64,000 bases of DNA from Deltaproteobacteria bacterium (GTDB lineage Bacteria; Myxococcota_A; Polyangia; DRWM01; JAAZOP01). The notes beneath the pieces were generated by a model that was not told the DNA's origin, made no database searches, and worked only from the letters and a program-made list of their open reading frames with translations. Position numbers and translations under genes: made by a program. The first letter of the stretch is position 1; each line of letters begins with the position of its first letter. Shown here piece after piece: positions 26,713-36,481 of the stretch. Where the stretch lies: positions 25,566 to 89,565 of the forward strand of contig JACRCX010000097.1 in the NCBI GenBank assembly GCA_016218815.1, written 5' to 3'.

Positions 26713-28620
26713 TCAGCGGGGGCAGCGGAGGTCGACACGCGAGTCGCCGGAGATGAGGGCGACGGCGCCCGTGCGCGCGAAGTCAACCTCCGGGCAGAAG
26801 TGCACCGACCAGGCGTCGGGGAGGAAGTACCACCCGTCGCCCAGCGGATCGCCGCAGTGCGGCGCCGCCGGGTCCCGCGGGACCTGCCGCACGAGGCACT
26901 GGCGCCGGTCGTATCCGCCGAAGGACGTGACGCCAAGGTCGCGCTTGAGCGGCACGCACTCGGCCCCCGTCGAGGGATCACGGCAGGGCTCGAGCCGGTT
27001 GACGATCTCCGCCGTCGCGGGCGTGCACCACGACGGCGGGCATGCCGGGTCCGCGTCGCACGGGCGCTCGTCGCTCAGCGTCTCGATCATCCAGCAGCCC
27101 GCCGTGCACGTCGCCCCGTCGAACGGCGGCGCCTCCGCGAGGCAGACGTAGTCGTCGCGCAGGCTCTCCACCAGCCGGCCGCCGATCACCGCGAACGCCT
27201 GCGTCCAGTCGGTCTTGCAGATCGAGTCGACATAGGCGTTCTTGCCCCATTCCTGCGCCAGGGTGACGAAGCGGCGCGGAGGGAAGGCCTGGCCCATCGA
27301 CGTGTTGCAGGACGGAAGCAGGCTGGTCGGGTTCGCGGGGTCGATCCGCGCGTCCATCTCGGGAACGTCCCGGCATCCCGCCAGGCCGTCGCCGAAGCCG
27401 ATGCACTGCTCGGCATCGGGCGGAACGCCGACGATCATCGCGAGGAACACGTTGGCGTCGCCGGTCGGCCGCAGGCTGCGGAAGGCCGCGACGTAGTCCG
27501 AGACGGGCTCCACGTATTCTGGGTGCAGGAAGCACCGGATGTTCATGTGGCCGAGGTCGTCGCGTTCCGCGTCGAACATCTCGTGGTGGTCGGAGCGCAC
27601 CGAGCAGTCCTCCTCGTCGGTGACCCAGATCAACGCCAGGAGGGAGTCGTTGCGCAGGAAGCCCTCGTTGCAGACCCCCGTTGCCGGATCCACCCCCAAT
27701 GCCGCGCGCATCGCCTTGAGCTGCTGCTCGAAGCCGCACCCCTGCGTGCCCAGCGTCGCGATGCAGGCAAGATCGGTGGCCATCGTCTCCGGACTGTAGT
27801 CTGCCGCGTTGGTCGGGTTGCGCGCGAGGAATCGGGGGTAGACGGGGGCACAGCCGGGAACGAAGGGGCTCGGCGTGCTCCGGAAGCACCCGTTGTCGCC
27901 GACGTCCGCGAGCGAGCAGGTCGAGACGCGGTACCCGCCGACGCCCATGTCCGACGAGATGACTCCGACGTTGAGGTCATCGACGGCGGCATGGTCGGGA
28001 CGGGTGTCGCCGTCGGTGTCCGGAGGATCCAACAACTCGGCCAGCAGTTCGGGAAAACGCTCGGTCAGCGCCGCTTGCTCCTGGCTCATCGAGCCCGAGT
28101 TGTCGACCATGAACACGATGTCGAGCTTGGACAGGCCGGGCTCGCGCAGCGTCCGGTCGGCCCACCAGGAGGGCGGCCCGTCACCCTCGGCATCGGCCTC
28201 GGCCTCGACCGGAATGTCGAACTCCGAGTCGGTCCCGGTGGCGTCCGCGTCCGTCGGGGGCGGCGTCGTCGGGAAGCAGTACAGCCCGCTCAGGTCGCGC
28301 GCATAGCCGTCGTCGCACTCGCAGACGGGGACGGGGCCGGCGGCAACGCACGAGCCGTGGTTGGAGCAGTACACCCCTTCGCACGGGTTACCGGGGTCGT
28401 TGGGCACGCATTCCAGGCCGCCAATCGCCGGATGGTAGCCCGGCCAGCAGGCGCAGTACGGCTCCGAGACGAACGGCGTTAGCCGGCACTCGCCCGCTCC
28501 GCTGCACGCGACCCCCGCGCACGGGTCCGCGGGGGACCCGTCGCAATCGCACCCGCCGTGCAAGCCGAGCAGCGCGAAAGACATCATCGCCACGAGCGGA
28601 GCGGTTCGGTATCGTCTCAT
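26713..28620 (-). CDS. EGF-like repeats + Cys-rich VWA-domain lipoprotein (myxobacterial adhesin type)
   Basis: Leader ending HGGC, two CS..G.C...C.C..GY EGF units, DIVFMVDNSGSM MIDAS, GCGFEQQL, VTDEEDCS. Confidence 0.82.
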   Translation of the reverse strand: MRRYRTAPLVAMMSFALLGLHGGCDCDGSPADPCAGVACSGAGECRLTPFVSEPYCACWPGYHPAIGGLECVPNDPGNPCEGVYCSNHGSCVAAGPVPVCECDDGYARDLSGLYCFPTTPPPTDADATGTDSEFDIPVEAEADAEGDGPPSWWADRTLREPGLSKLDIVFMVDNSGSMSQEQAALTERFPELLAELLDPPDTDGDTRPDHAAVDDLNVGVISSDMGVGGYRVSTCSLADVGDNGCFRSTPSPFVPGCAPVYPRFLARNPTNAADYSPETMATDLACIATLGTQGCGFEQQLKAMRAALGVDPATGVCNEGFLRNDSLLALIWVTDEEDCSVRSDHHEMFDAERDDLGHMNIRCFLHPEYVEPVSDYVAAFRSLRPTGDANVFLAMIVGVPPDAEQCIGFGDGLAGCRDVPEMDARIDPANPTSLLPSCNTSMGQAFPPRRFVTLAQEWGKNAYVDSICKTDWTQAFAVIGGRLVESLRDDYVCLAEAPPFDGATCTAGCWMIETLSDERPCDADPACPPSWCTPATAEIVNRLEPCRDPSTGAECVPLKRDLGVTSFGGYDRRQCLVRQVPRDPAAPHCGDPLGDGWYFLPDAWSVHFCPEVDFARTGAVALISGDSRVDLRCPR

Positions 28621-28705
28621 CGCGGACCTCCGTTCCAACCGCCCTCAGCATGACACGCACACGGTCCGCGATCCAGCACCCGACGTGGAGCTGCGCGTTG
28701 CGCGA

Positions 28706-28817
28706 CGTCCGCTCGTCCGCTCGCTTTCCCCGCGACCGCTCGCCTGCTCGCTTTCCCCGCGACCGCTCGCCTCCCCCGCGACCGCTCGTCCGCTCGCTTT
28801 CCCCGCGACCGCTCGCC
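28706..28817. repeat. 8-bp-period composite intergenic repeat (GTCCGCTC/CGACCGCTCG)
   Basis: Four ccccgcgaccgctcg units interspersed with gtccgctc. Confidence 0.8.
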
Positions 28818-30278
28818 CTACAACAAGAAGCCGTCCTCGGCGGGGATGACGATGTAGACGTTGCGGCGGTCGAGCGTCGTGCCGCCGACCGTGTCGAAGA
28901 CCTCGATGTACGCGAGGTAGATCTGCACGTGGGTCTCGTGCGGGCGGAAGTCGTTCTGGAAGACGATGCGGAAGACGACCGTGGTGCCGCCCGAGACCCC
29001 GTAGAACGTCGTGTCGTCGAAGCTCGTGGCGTCGCTCGCCCACACGGGGTGCAGCTCCTTGATGAACTGCGTGGCGTCGACGGCGTCGGCGGGCTCGTCC
29101 AGGCTCCGTGCGGAGACGTCCTGGGTCTCGGCGCCGACCAGGTCCACGATGCCGCCGACGACGACGTCGCTGACCTGGCCGCCGGTGGCCGGGTAGACCG
29201 TCGGGTCGCCCGCACGGTTGAACGAGCCGGTGGCCCTTGCCGCCGCCTCCATGTCGGGGCGGCCTTCGGCCGGGAAGATGCCGATCTTGACGGCGGCGCC
29301 GAGGATCTTGACCTCGTGCGAGTTGAGCGTCGCCATCGTCTCCGACCACGAGCGGGCGGTCACCGATCCGTCGTAGTTGTTGATCGAGTCGGAGCCGTTG
29401 TGGGCGGGCGCGTCGGTCACCACGACGATGATCGGGTGGCTGTCCTCGCGGAAGCAGGCGGCGCCGAAGCCGCTTCCCGTGCTGCACGAGCCGCCGGAGG
29501 AGTCGTACAAGCCCTCCATCTGGGCCTCGGGGGTGTCGCCGCCGCCTCCCACGCGAAGGCCGTCGAGCGCCGACTGGACGGCGCCGATGTCGTTGGTCAC
29601 GGTCTGGCGCAGGGTGAAGGTCCAGTCGCCGGCCTGGCCCCACGGGTCGACGGGGAAGTCGCGGAAATCGCCGACACCCATGACGACGTCGGCGATCGCA
29701 GCGTCGAGCGCGGGGACGATGACGCCGGAGAGCGAGGTCCGCACGTTGGCGATCGCCGTGGCCATGCTGCCGGTGGTGTCGACGAGGAAGAACACGTCGC
29801 CCCGGCCCAGGCGCGCGGTGAACTCCAGCTCCCGCTCCTGCGGAGGATCCTCGTAGGGCAGGATCACGTAGTAGTCGGTCGGCGGGATGAAGGAGTCGGG
29901 ATTGAGCGGGTCCGTGCCGGCCAGGTGCTCGACCCCATCGCTGAACCCGTCGCCGTCGGTGTCCTCGAGCGTGGGATCCGTGCCCAGGATCGCCTCGTCG
30001 TCATCGGACAGGCCGTCGGCATCGGTGTCGACCGGCAGCACCTCGGGCCGCGCGTCCTCCGCCCCCGTCCCGTCGTCGGCCGGCGGCGTGTCCGGCAGCA
30101 CATCGATCGGGACGTCGGCGTCGCCCGCCGTGTCGGCACGATCGACCACATCCCGCGGCCCGGTGGAGTCGTCGCTGCCGGGTGAGCAGGCCGCCGCGGC
30201 GAGCGCCGCCAGCAAGCCGATCGCGAGCGGCAGGCCGAACCGGCCCCCGCTTCGTCCCTCCGTGAACCGGATTCCCAT
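28818..30278 (-). CDS. Lipoprotein with bacterial TSP3 repeats and an integrin-beta-like VWA domain
   Basis: Lipobox AAAC; DTDADGLSD..E...GTDP twice; DVFFLVDTTGSM, GGGDTPEAQ.EGL, FR....IIVVVTDAPAH. Confidence 0.82.
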   Translation of the reverse strand: MGIRFTEGRSGGRFGLPLAIGLLAALAAAACSPGSDDSTGPRDVVDRADTAGDADVPIDVLPDTPPADDGTGAEDARPEVLPVDTDADGLSDDDEAILGTDPTLEDTDGDGFSDGVEHLAGTDPLNPDSFIPPTDYYVILPYEDPPQERELEFTARLGRGDVFFLVDTTGSMATAIANVRTSLSGVIVPALDAAIADVVMGVGDFRDFPVDPWGQAGDWTFTLRQTVTNDIGAVQSALDGLRVGGGGDTPEAQMEGLYDSSGGSCSTGSGFGAACFREDSHPIIVVVTDAPAHNGSDSINNYDGSVTARSWSETMATLNSHEVKILGAAVKIGIFPAEGRPDMEAAARATGSFNRAGDPTVYPATGGQVSDVVVGGIVDLVGAETQDVSARSLDEPADAVDATQFIKELHPVWASDATSFDDTTFYGVSGGTTVVFRIVFQNDFRPHETHVQIYLAYIEVFDTVGGTTLDRRNVYIVIPAEDGFLL

Positions 30279-30433
30279 GGCAGCCTCCTCCGCTTCCCCC
30301 CCCGGCGGGCGGGTCGATCGGACGCCCGTACCAGGGAGGAGGGTACGTCGGGACGGAGTGGGCCGCAAGGCGGACAACTGTTTGACTCCGCGGCGCCGCG
30401 CGCCTACCATCCCGCCCCGACGGAGGAAACGCC

Positions 30434-30700
30434 ATGCCGGTCATCGACAAGGACGACAACGCCGCCAAACGCGTGGCTCGCGCGATCGTTTCGGACATCG
30501 TCATCTACAACAAGGCCAAGATCGAGGACGGGATCCGCAACGACACGCTGTTCGACCTGCTGAAGGAGACGATCGACGAGGGCCGGACGCTGTACCAGAG
30601 CCGCGTCTCCCCCGATCTGTTCCGCAAGAACTACTACGGCCGCGCGCTGGTCGACAAGCTGCTCAAGGTCAACGCGCAGATCCGCTCCAACATCTGGTGA
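30434..30700 (+). CDS. romX: RomX-like polarity protein (MglA GEF subunit)
   Basis: 88 aa; A.R.ARAI.SDI..YN..KI..GI..D.LF..L.E..DEGR.LY.SRV...S.IW pattern as I recall it from Myxococcus RomX. Confidence 0.8.
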   Translation: MPVIDKDDNAAKRVARAIVSDIVIYNKAKIEDGIRNDTLFDLLKETIDEGRTLYQSRVSPDLFRKNYYGRALVDKLLKVNAQIRSNIW

Positions 30701-31662
30701 CCCCCCCGTCCGATCCGACCCCCAAGCCGATCGATTGCGCCGTCCCGCCCGCGCTGGCCGGCGAACGCCTCGATCGCGTGTTGCCCGAATTGGTGCCCGG
30801 CCTGACGCGCTCGCAGGCGCGACGGCTGATCGACCTGGGTCGCGCGACGCTCGACGGCACGACTCCGAAGGCGGGCGCATCCGTCCGCGCGGGCCAGCGC
30901 CTCCGGGTCGAGCCGCTGCCGCCCGAAACCTTCAGCGTCGAGGCGGAGGACATCCCGGTCCGCGTCCTGCACCGCGACGACGACCTGATCGTGGTCGACA
31001 AGCCCGCCGACCTGGTGGTCCATCCTGCGGCGGGGCACGCGCGGGGCACCCTGGTCAACGCGCTCGCGGCGCTCGGCGCCGGCGGCGGCGACCCGGCCCG
31101 CCCCGGCATCGTCCACCGCCTGGACAAGGGCACCTCCGGCGTGATGGTCGTCGCGCGCAACGTCACGGCCCACGCACGCCTGGCCGAGCAGTTCGCCGAA
31201 CGGACCGTCGAGAAAACCTACCTGGCGATCGTCGTCGGCGAGCCGCCGGAGGAGGGTCGGATCGAAACCCTCTTCGCGCGGCACCCGGTCGACCGCAAGC
31301 GGTTCACCTCGCGCACGACCCGCGGCCGCACTGCCCTCACCGGGTTCCGCGTGCGGGAGCGCCGGCCCGGCTGCGCGATGCTCGAGGTGCGCCTGGGCAC
31401 CGGACGCACGCACCAGATCCGCGTCCACCTCTCCGAGAGCGGCTGGCCGATCCTCGGCGACGCGGTGTACGGGCGCACCCCGCGCGATCCAGAGCTTCGC
31501 CGCGCCGCGGAGGCGCTCGGCAGGCCGGCGTTGCACGCCTGGCGGTTGGCCTTCGCGCACCCCCGGACCGGCGAACGGATGGCCTTCGACGCGGATGTTC
31601 CGGCGGATTTCGAGCGGGCGTGGGGAGCGATCTCTGCCGGTGCGGTCGGCGGCACGTCCTGA
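30697..31662 (+). CDS. rluD: RluA/RluD family pseudouridine synthase
   Basis: N-terminal S4 domain, RPGIVHRLDKGTSG, GRTHQIRVH, ALHAWRL. Confidence 0.92.
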   Translation: MTPPSDPTPKPIDCAVPPALAGERLDRVLPELVPGLTRSQARRLIDLGRATLDGTTPKAGASVRAGQRLRVEPLPPETFSVEAEDIPVRVLHRDDDLIVVDKPADLVVHPAAGHARGTLVNALAALGAGGGDPARPGIVHRLDKGTSGVMVVARNVTAHARLAEQFAERTVEKTYLAIVVGEPPEEGRIETLFARHPVDRKRFTSRTTRGRTALTGFRVRERRPGCAMLEVRLGTGRTHQIRVHLSESGWPILGDAVYGRTPRDPELRRAAEALGRPALHAWRLAFAHPRTGERMAFDADVPADFERAWGAISAGAVGGTS

Positions 31663-31746
31663 CCAGGATCCCCTTTGCGTCCTTTGCGGTCCTTGGCGTG
31701 CTTTGCGCGAACTCCGGATCGGTCTGTCGAGCGACCTTGAGGCCGA

Positions 31747-32466
31747 TCACGCCCGCTCGGCCTGCACGAGTTGGTGGAAGCGCGTCGCGTCGTTGTGCAT
31801 GTCGATGTTGCCGAAGAGGCAGTACGTGTCCGGGTACCCGCGGCAGATGTCGCGCAGCCGGAGCAGCGCCTCTTCCTCGTAGCGGGAACGGAACCCGGCC
31901 GGCCCCGGCAGGTGGCAATAGGCGAACGCGGGGTCCGGCGGGAGCTGCGCCAAGGGGTCGACGCACAACGTCAGGTCCATGTCCTTGGCGAAGGCTACGG
32001 CCTCCTTCAGATCCCAGCCGCCCTTCGGCTCCCAGACCCAGCGCCGCTTCTGCCGGTCGGTCTTGGTGAAGAAATGCGTCATCGCCCGCAGCAACGTCTT
32101 GTCGGGGATGAGATCGGCCGGCGTCTGGAAGACCAGCAGCTTCGCCTTCAGCTCCTTGGACAGGGCCAGGCTCTCCTCGAACGCCGCCCCGACCTCCTTG
32201 GTCGCCGCGAACGGCGCGTACTTGCGCCACTGCGATTTCGCGGGCGCCGGCTGGTAGCGGAAGTGCTGGCTCCCCGGACCGTACGTCACCAGCGGCGACA
32301 CGGCGACGACGAACTCGAAGCCTTCCTCCGACTCGCGCAGCCAGCGCTTGACCGTCCCGTCGCCGGGCGCCCGCACCAGCGTCTGTTCGATCTCGACGAG
32401 ATCCCACTTGCGGAAATACCGTGAGGGAGGAATCGGAAAGTCGATGCAACCGATCCGAAGCGTCAT
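31747..32466 (-). CDS. DUF72 domain protein
   Basis: Y....LVEIEQT, LVFQTP, WEPKG.W, VDP, LFGN..M..DA.RF. Confidence 0.8.
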   Translation of the reverse strand: MTLRIGCIDFPIPPSRYFRKWDLVEIEQTLVRAPGDGTVKRWLRESEEGFEFVVAVSPLVTYGPGSQHFRYQPAPAKSQWRKYAPFAATKEVGAAFEESLALSKELKAKLLVFQTPADLIPDKTLLRAMTHFFTKTDRQKRRWVWEPKGGWDLKEAVAFAKDMDLTLCVDPLAQLPPDPAFAYCHLPGPAGFRSRYEEEALLRLRDICRGYPDTYCLFGNIDMHNDATRFHQLVQAERA

Positions 32467-32510
32467 GGCGAGGCGGATGCTATCATGCCTCCCCGAGGGG
32501 GAAAACAGAA

Positions 32511-32539
32511 ACCACCGATGAACACCGATGGACACCGAT
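32511..32539. repeat. 10-bp-period repeat (ACACCGATG[A/G])
   Basis: accaccgatgaacaccgatggacaccgat; inverted copy at 54933-54964. Confidence 0.8.
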
Positions 32540-35500
32540 AAGGGGAAAACAGCGGGAGGAGAGGCGCCGGCGCCGGACGCACCGGACGGCCAGGGCCCGC
32601 CGCGTCCGCGCAACGTCGGCACGTTGATCGGCCTCGTCGCCGGGGCCGCCCTGATGATCGGGTTCCTGCTCGCGACCTTCATCTTCGTCTTGCTCCCTAG
32701 AGTCGACGGCAAGAAGCCGGCCCGCGAGGCCGGGGCACCCGCCGCGGATCGAGCCGATGGCGCGGGCGACGCTCCGAAGAAACCCGGCCCGGCGGAGTTC
32801 TCCGGACTCGTCTCCGTGCCGCCCGGGACCGATCCGCGCACCGTGCACGTTCGCTGGCTCGAGGCCGACGGAGAAGTGCTTGGCGAGGTCGTGCCGGACC
32901 AGGACGGTCGGTTCCGCTTCGAGACACCGGAGGCTTGGGCCGGCTCCATCCTGGTTTCCTGCACGGGCATGCCGTCGGTCGTGCGCCGCGCCGTTCCGCC
33001 CGCCGTCGGGTTCGACGTGGCGATTGCACCGGGGACGGCGCTGGACGTGCATGTGGTCGACGACACGGGCGCTCCCGTCGCCGGAGCCCTGGTCGCCCCC
33101 GACATCCAGGAACCGCTATGGTCCGAGGGCGAGCGGCGGGCCGTGGCGCGCGCCGACGCGGTCACGACGGACGCCGGCGGAGCGGCGCGGCTCCTCGTCC
33201 CGGGCACGGGGACGGTGGAGGTGGTCGTCGAGGCCGACGGGCACGTCTCGGGGCGGTCGGACCCGATCGAGCTGCCGGCCACCGAGCCGCTGGAGCTCGA
33301 GCTGCCGCGCGGCGGAAGGCTCGCCGGCGAAGTCGTCGACGCGGCGGGGGCGCCGGTGACCGGTTCGACGGTCCGCGTCGTCGGCTCGGGGCTGTGGCCC
33401 GCGAAGGAATTCCCGACAGATTCGGGCGGCCGATTCGACGCGGGGCTGATTCCGCCGGGGTTCTACGAAGCCGAGGCCTTCGACGGGACGCGCGTCTCGC
33501 CCCTGCGTCGCGGGGTGGAGGTCCGGCCGGCGGAGACGACGACGATCCGGTTGGCCGTGGCGTCCGGTGGGTTCGTCGCGGGACGGGTGGCCGCGGAGGG
33601 CGCCGGCGCGGACGGCGTCGCCGGCTTCGCCGTCACGGTGCACGGCCTGCAGTCCCGGCTCGTGCCCCTGCGCGCCGCGGTCGGCGCCGGCGGCCGTTTC
33701 CGCGTCGGGCCGCTCCAGCCGGGCCGGTACCTCGTGCGGTGCGCGCAGAGCCCGTTCCTTCCCGCCGAAGCGTGGGTCGAGGTCGTCGCGGGGGGGGAGG
33801 GCGCGGTGGTGCTCGAGCTGCGCAACGGCCGGAGGCTCGACGGCCGGATCGTCGGCCCGGACGGCGCCCCGGTCGCCGAGGCCCGGGTCTCGCTCTCGGG
33901 CCGCGCCGACGATGGGACGTTCGTCTTCCGCTCGCCCACGACCGAGGCGCTCGCGTCCCTCGACCGTCGCGGCCTCGCCCCGGTGGGCCGCCTCCTGCCG
34001 ATCGGCGAGCTGGGCGTCCTGGAAGGCCCACTGCCCCCCATTCCCCCGCGCCCCTTCGCCTGGCTCGACGACCAGGCGGCGGCCGACGCGCCGGGTGATG
34101 CGGCGGGCGAGGTCGTCAGTTCTCAGTCGTCGGTTCTCAGGCCGGACCCTCCATCGACGGCCGCCGCGCCGGATCTGACAACTGAGAACCGAAAACCGAA
34201 AACCGCTCCGCTGACGACCGACACCCACGGCGCGGTCTCCCTCGCGGGCCTTCCGCCCGGCAAGTACACGATCCGCGTGGCCCACCCGGACTTCGCGCCG
34301 CTGGCGCAGGAGGTCGTCGTGCCGGACCAGCCGGCCGCGACCTCGGTGGTGCTCCAGCTCGTCGAAGGCTGCACGCTCGCGGGCATGGTGCGCGACGGCG
34401 ACGGCAACCCGGTGGCCGGGGCGGGCGTGCGGATCCTCTCGGGGCTGATGGACCCGCTGGTCTGGCGCACGGACGAGGCCGGGAGCTTCACGGCGACTCA
34501 TCTTCCGCCGCACGTCGTGCTGCAGGTCCAGGCGCCAGGCTACCTGACCGCCGACCTGGAACGGGATCTCGCGGGCACGCCGTGCGCGGGCGACGCGGAG
34601 ATCGGGCTGGTGAGGCTGGGGGGGCGGATCGCGGGCCGGGTGATCGACGCGCGGCGGTTCCCGATCGGCGGGGCGCGGGTGCGGGCGGAGCCGGCCGGCG
34701 GAGAAGTGCGCTGGGCGTCGCAGGGCACGACGACGGGGGCGGACGGCACGTTCCGCCTGGCGGCCCCGTCGTCCGGCGAGGTGCGGCTGGTCGCCTCGCA
34801 TCCCGACTACGTCGAGGCCTCGGTCGACGCGTCGGTGGGGGCGACGGTCGAGGTCGTCCTGGACCCGGGCGTGGTCGTGAGCGGCTCGGTGACCGACGAG
34901 GTGGGCGAGCCGCTGACAGCGGCGGTGGCGTTGCGGCGGGACGGACGGGAGATCGCGGCGGCCGTGGCGGGCCCCGACGGGAAGTTCCGCGCGGGTCGCG
35001 TGGCGGCGGGAGACTACGAGCTGCGCGCCACGGCCGCGGGTTTCGCGGACCAGACGCTGGTGATCGGCCTCGCGGCACCGGGGGAGGTGGAGGGCGAGGT
35101 CGAGCGCGTCGTGGAGATCTCGATGCGGCGGGGGGTGACGCTGGAGGGTCGCGTGGTGGACCGTTTCGGCTCGCCCGTCGGCGGGGCTGCGATCGAGCTG
35201 CGCCTCTCGGGCAGCCGGACGGCTCCGCGCTCCGCGCGCTCGGACGCCGATGGCCGCTTCGCCGCCGCTGGCCTGGACCCGGGGCGATGGGAAATCGAGG
35301 CTTCGCGCGACGACCTCGGGAGGGTCGCGGCCGTCGCGACCCTGGATGTCGGCACACGCTCGCGCCCCGTCGAGCTGGCCTTCCGCGACGCGGCGGACGC
35401 CGGCGCCGGAGCGGAGCCCGGGGCGGGCGCCGATCCTTCCTCCGGTCGCGTCGGATACTCGCTGGTCAACGACCAGGTGATCGTGCGGACTCCCGCGACG

Positions 35501-35704
35501 TACGCGGCGCCGGGCACCGACCTCCTGCTGGCCGGCGACACGATCTTCCAGGTGGAGCGCGAGCGGATCCGGGACCTGGAGACGCTGCACGGCATCGTGG
35601 GCAGCCTGCACCGCGAGACGGTCTCGGTGGCGGTGCTGCGCGACGGCCGGCGCAAGTTCCTCACGGTGGACCGCAACGCGCTGCTCGCCGACGGCTGGGA
35701 GTAG
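32528..35704 (+). CDS. Membrane-anchored protein with multiple carboxypeptidase-regulatory-like (Ig) repeats and a degenerate C-terminal PDZ
   Basis: N-terminal TM; many G.V.D..G.PV.GA.V...TD..G.F...L.PG.Y units; GD.I..V...V.V.V.RDG ending. Confidence 0.85.
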   Translation: MDTDKGKTAGGEAPAPDAPDGQGPPRPRNVGTLIGLVAGAALMIGFLLATFIFVLLPRVDGKKPAREAGAPAADRADGAGDAPKKPGPAEFSGLVSVPPGTDPRTVHVRWLEADGEVLGEVVPDQDGRFRFETPEAWAGSILVSCTGMPSVVRRAVPPAVGFDVAIAPGTALDVHVVDDTGAPVAGALVAPDIQEPLWSEGERRAVARADAVTTDAGGAARLLVPGTGTVEVVVEADGHVSGRSDPIELPATEPLELELPRGGRLAGEVVDAAGAPVTGSTVRVVGSGLWPAKEFPTDSGGRFDAGLIPPGFYEAEAFDGTRVSPLRRGVEVRPAETTTIRLAVASGGFVAGRVAAEGAGADGVAGFAVTVHGLQSRLVPLRAAVGAGGRFRVGPLQPGRYLVRCAQSPFLPAEAWVEVVAGGEGAVVLELRNGRRLDGRIVGPDGAPVAEARVSLSGRADDGTFVFRSPTTEALASLDRRGLAPVGRLLPIGELGVLEGPLPPIPPRPFAWLDDQAAADAPGDAAGEVVSSQSSVLRPDPPSTAAAPDLTTENRKPKTAPLTTDTHGAVSLAGLPPGKYTIRVAHPDFAPLAQEVVVPDQPAATSVVLQLVEGCTLAGMVRDGDGNPVAGAGVRILSGLMDPLVWRTDEAGSFTATHLPPHVVLQVQAPGYLTADLERDLAGTPCAGDAEIGLVRLGGRIAGRVIDARRFPIGGARVRAEPAGGEVRWASQGTTTGADGTFRLAAPSSGEVRLVASHPDYVEASVDASVGATVEVVLDPGVVVSGSVTDEVGEPLTAAVALRRDGREIAAAVAGPDGKFRAGRVAAGDYELRATAAGFADQTLVIGLAAPGEVEGEVERVVEISMRRGVTLEGRVVDRFGSPVGGAAIELRLSGSRTAPRSARSDADGRFAAAGLDPGRWEIEASRDDLGRVAAVATLDVGTRSRPVELAFRDAADAGAGAEPGAGADPSSGRVGYSLVNDQVIVRTPATYAAPGTDLLLAGDTIFQVERERIRDLETLHGIVGSLHRETVSVAVLRDGRRKFLTVDRNALLADGWE

Positions 35705-35753
35705 GGGGGGGGAGTTGTTGGTACTTGGCTCCCAGCCCGTGGGGGATCCGGAT

Positions 35754-35821
35754 CCGAACCGCGGGCTTCAGCCCGCGGCTGGCCCGGCCGACGCAGCCGC
35801 GCCCTGAAGGGCGCGGTTCGG
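35754..35821. repeat. REP-like palindrome (GCGGGCTTCAGCCC family), copy 2
   Basis: ccgaaccgcgggcttcagcccgcgg...ccgcgccctgaagggcgcggttcgg between convergent genes. Confidence 0.85.
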
Positions 35822-35840
35822 TCCCGGGCGGTGCCGATCG

Positions 35841-36404
35841 CTACCCCGGGGGCTCGTCGTCGAGGGTCGCGATGTAGGGGAGGTTGCGGTGCTTTTCGGC
35901 GTAGTCCAGGCCGTAGCCGACGACGAACTGATTCGGAATCGTGAAGCCCAGGTAATCGATGGGGACATCGACGAGCTTGCGCTCGGGCTTGTAGAGCAGG
36001 GCGCAGAGCTTCACGTCGGCCGGGTGGCGCGTCTTGATGTTGCGCATGAGGTAGGTCATCGTAAGCCCGGTATCGACGATGTCCTCGACGAAGAGGACGC
36101 GCTTGCCCTCGACGGGACCCGTGAGGTCGGCCGTGATCTCGACGACGCCGGAGGATTCCGAGCGGGCGCCGTAGGAGCGGACGCGCATGAAGTCCAGCTC
36201 CAGAGGGATGTCGATCGTGCGGACCAGGTCGGCGAGGAAGACGAAGCCGCCCTTGAGCACGCTGACCAGCAGCAGATCGCTGCCCTTGTAGTCCGCCGAG
36301 ATCTTCGCCCCCAGCTCGCGGGTCCGGATCCGGATCTCCTCCTCGGAGATGAGCGGGCGGAGGCGATCGATCGAGGCGAACGGGTCGCGCTTGGCGTTCG
36401 GCAT
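35841..36404 (-). CDS. hpt: Hypoxanthine phosphoribosyltransferase
   Basis: VLKGGFVFLADL, VEDIVDTGLT, FVVGYGLDYAE..RNLPYI. Confidence 0.96.
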   Translation of the reverse strand: MPNAKRDPFASIDRLRPLISEEEIRIRTRELGAKISADYKGSDLLLVSVLKGGFVFLADLVRTIDIPLELDFMRVRSYGARSESSGVVEITADLTGPVEGKRVLFVEDIVDTGLTMTYLMRNIKTRHPADVKLCALLYKPERKLVDVPIDYLGFTIPNQFVVGYGLDYAEKHRNLPYIATLDDEPPG

Positions 36405-36481
36405 GGACGGTCTGGTAGCACGGACGGCGCGGGCGGAGCAAGGTGGCGTCGCGGACGGCCGGTGTGCTATGCAAGCCGGCC

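Noticed and set aside
28706..28817. CRISPR-like repeat array
   Set aside because: Units are short, nearly adjacent and lack unique 30-40 bp spacers; no cas genes in the window
35704..35712. G9 run as a phase-variation site
   Set aside because: Lies at and after a stop codon between convergent genes, so no obvious effect
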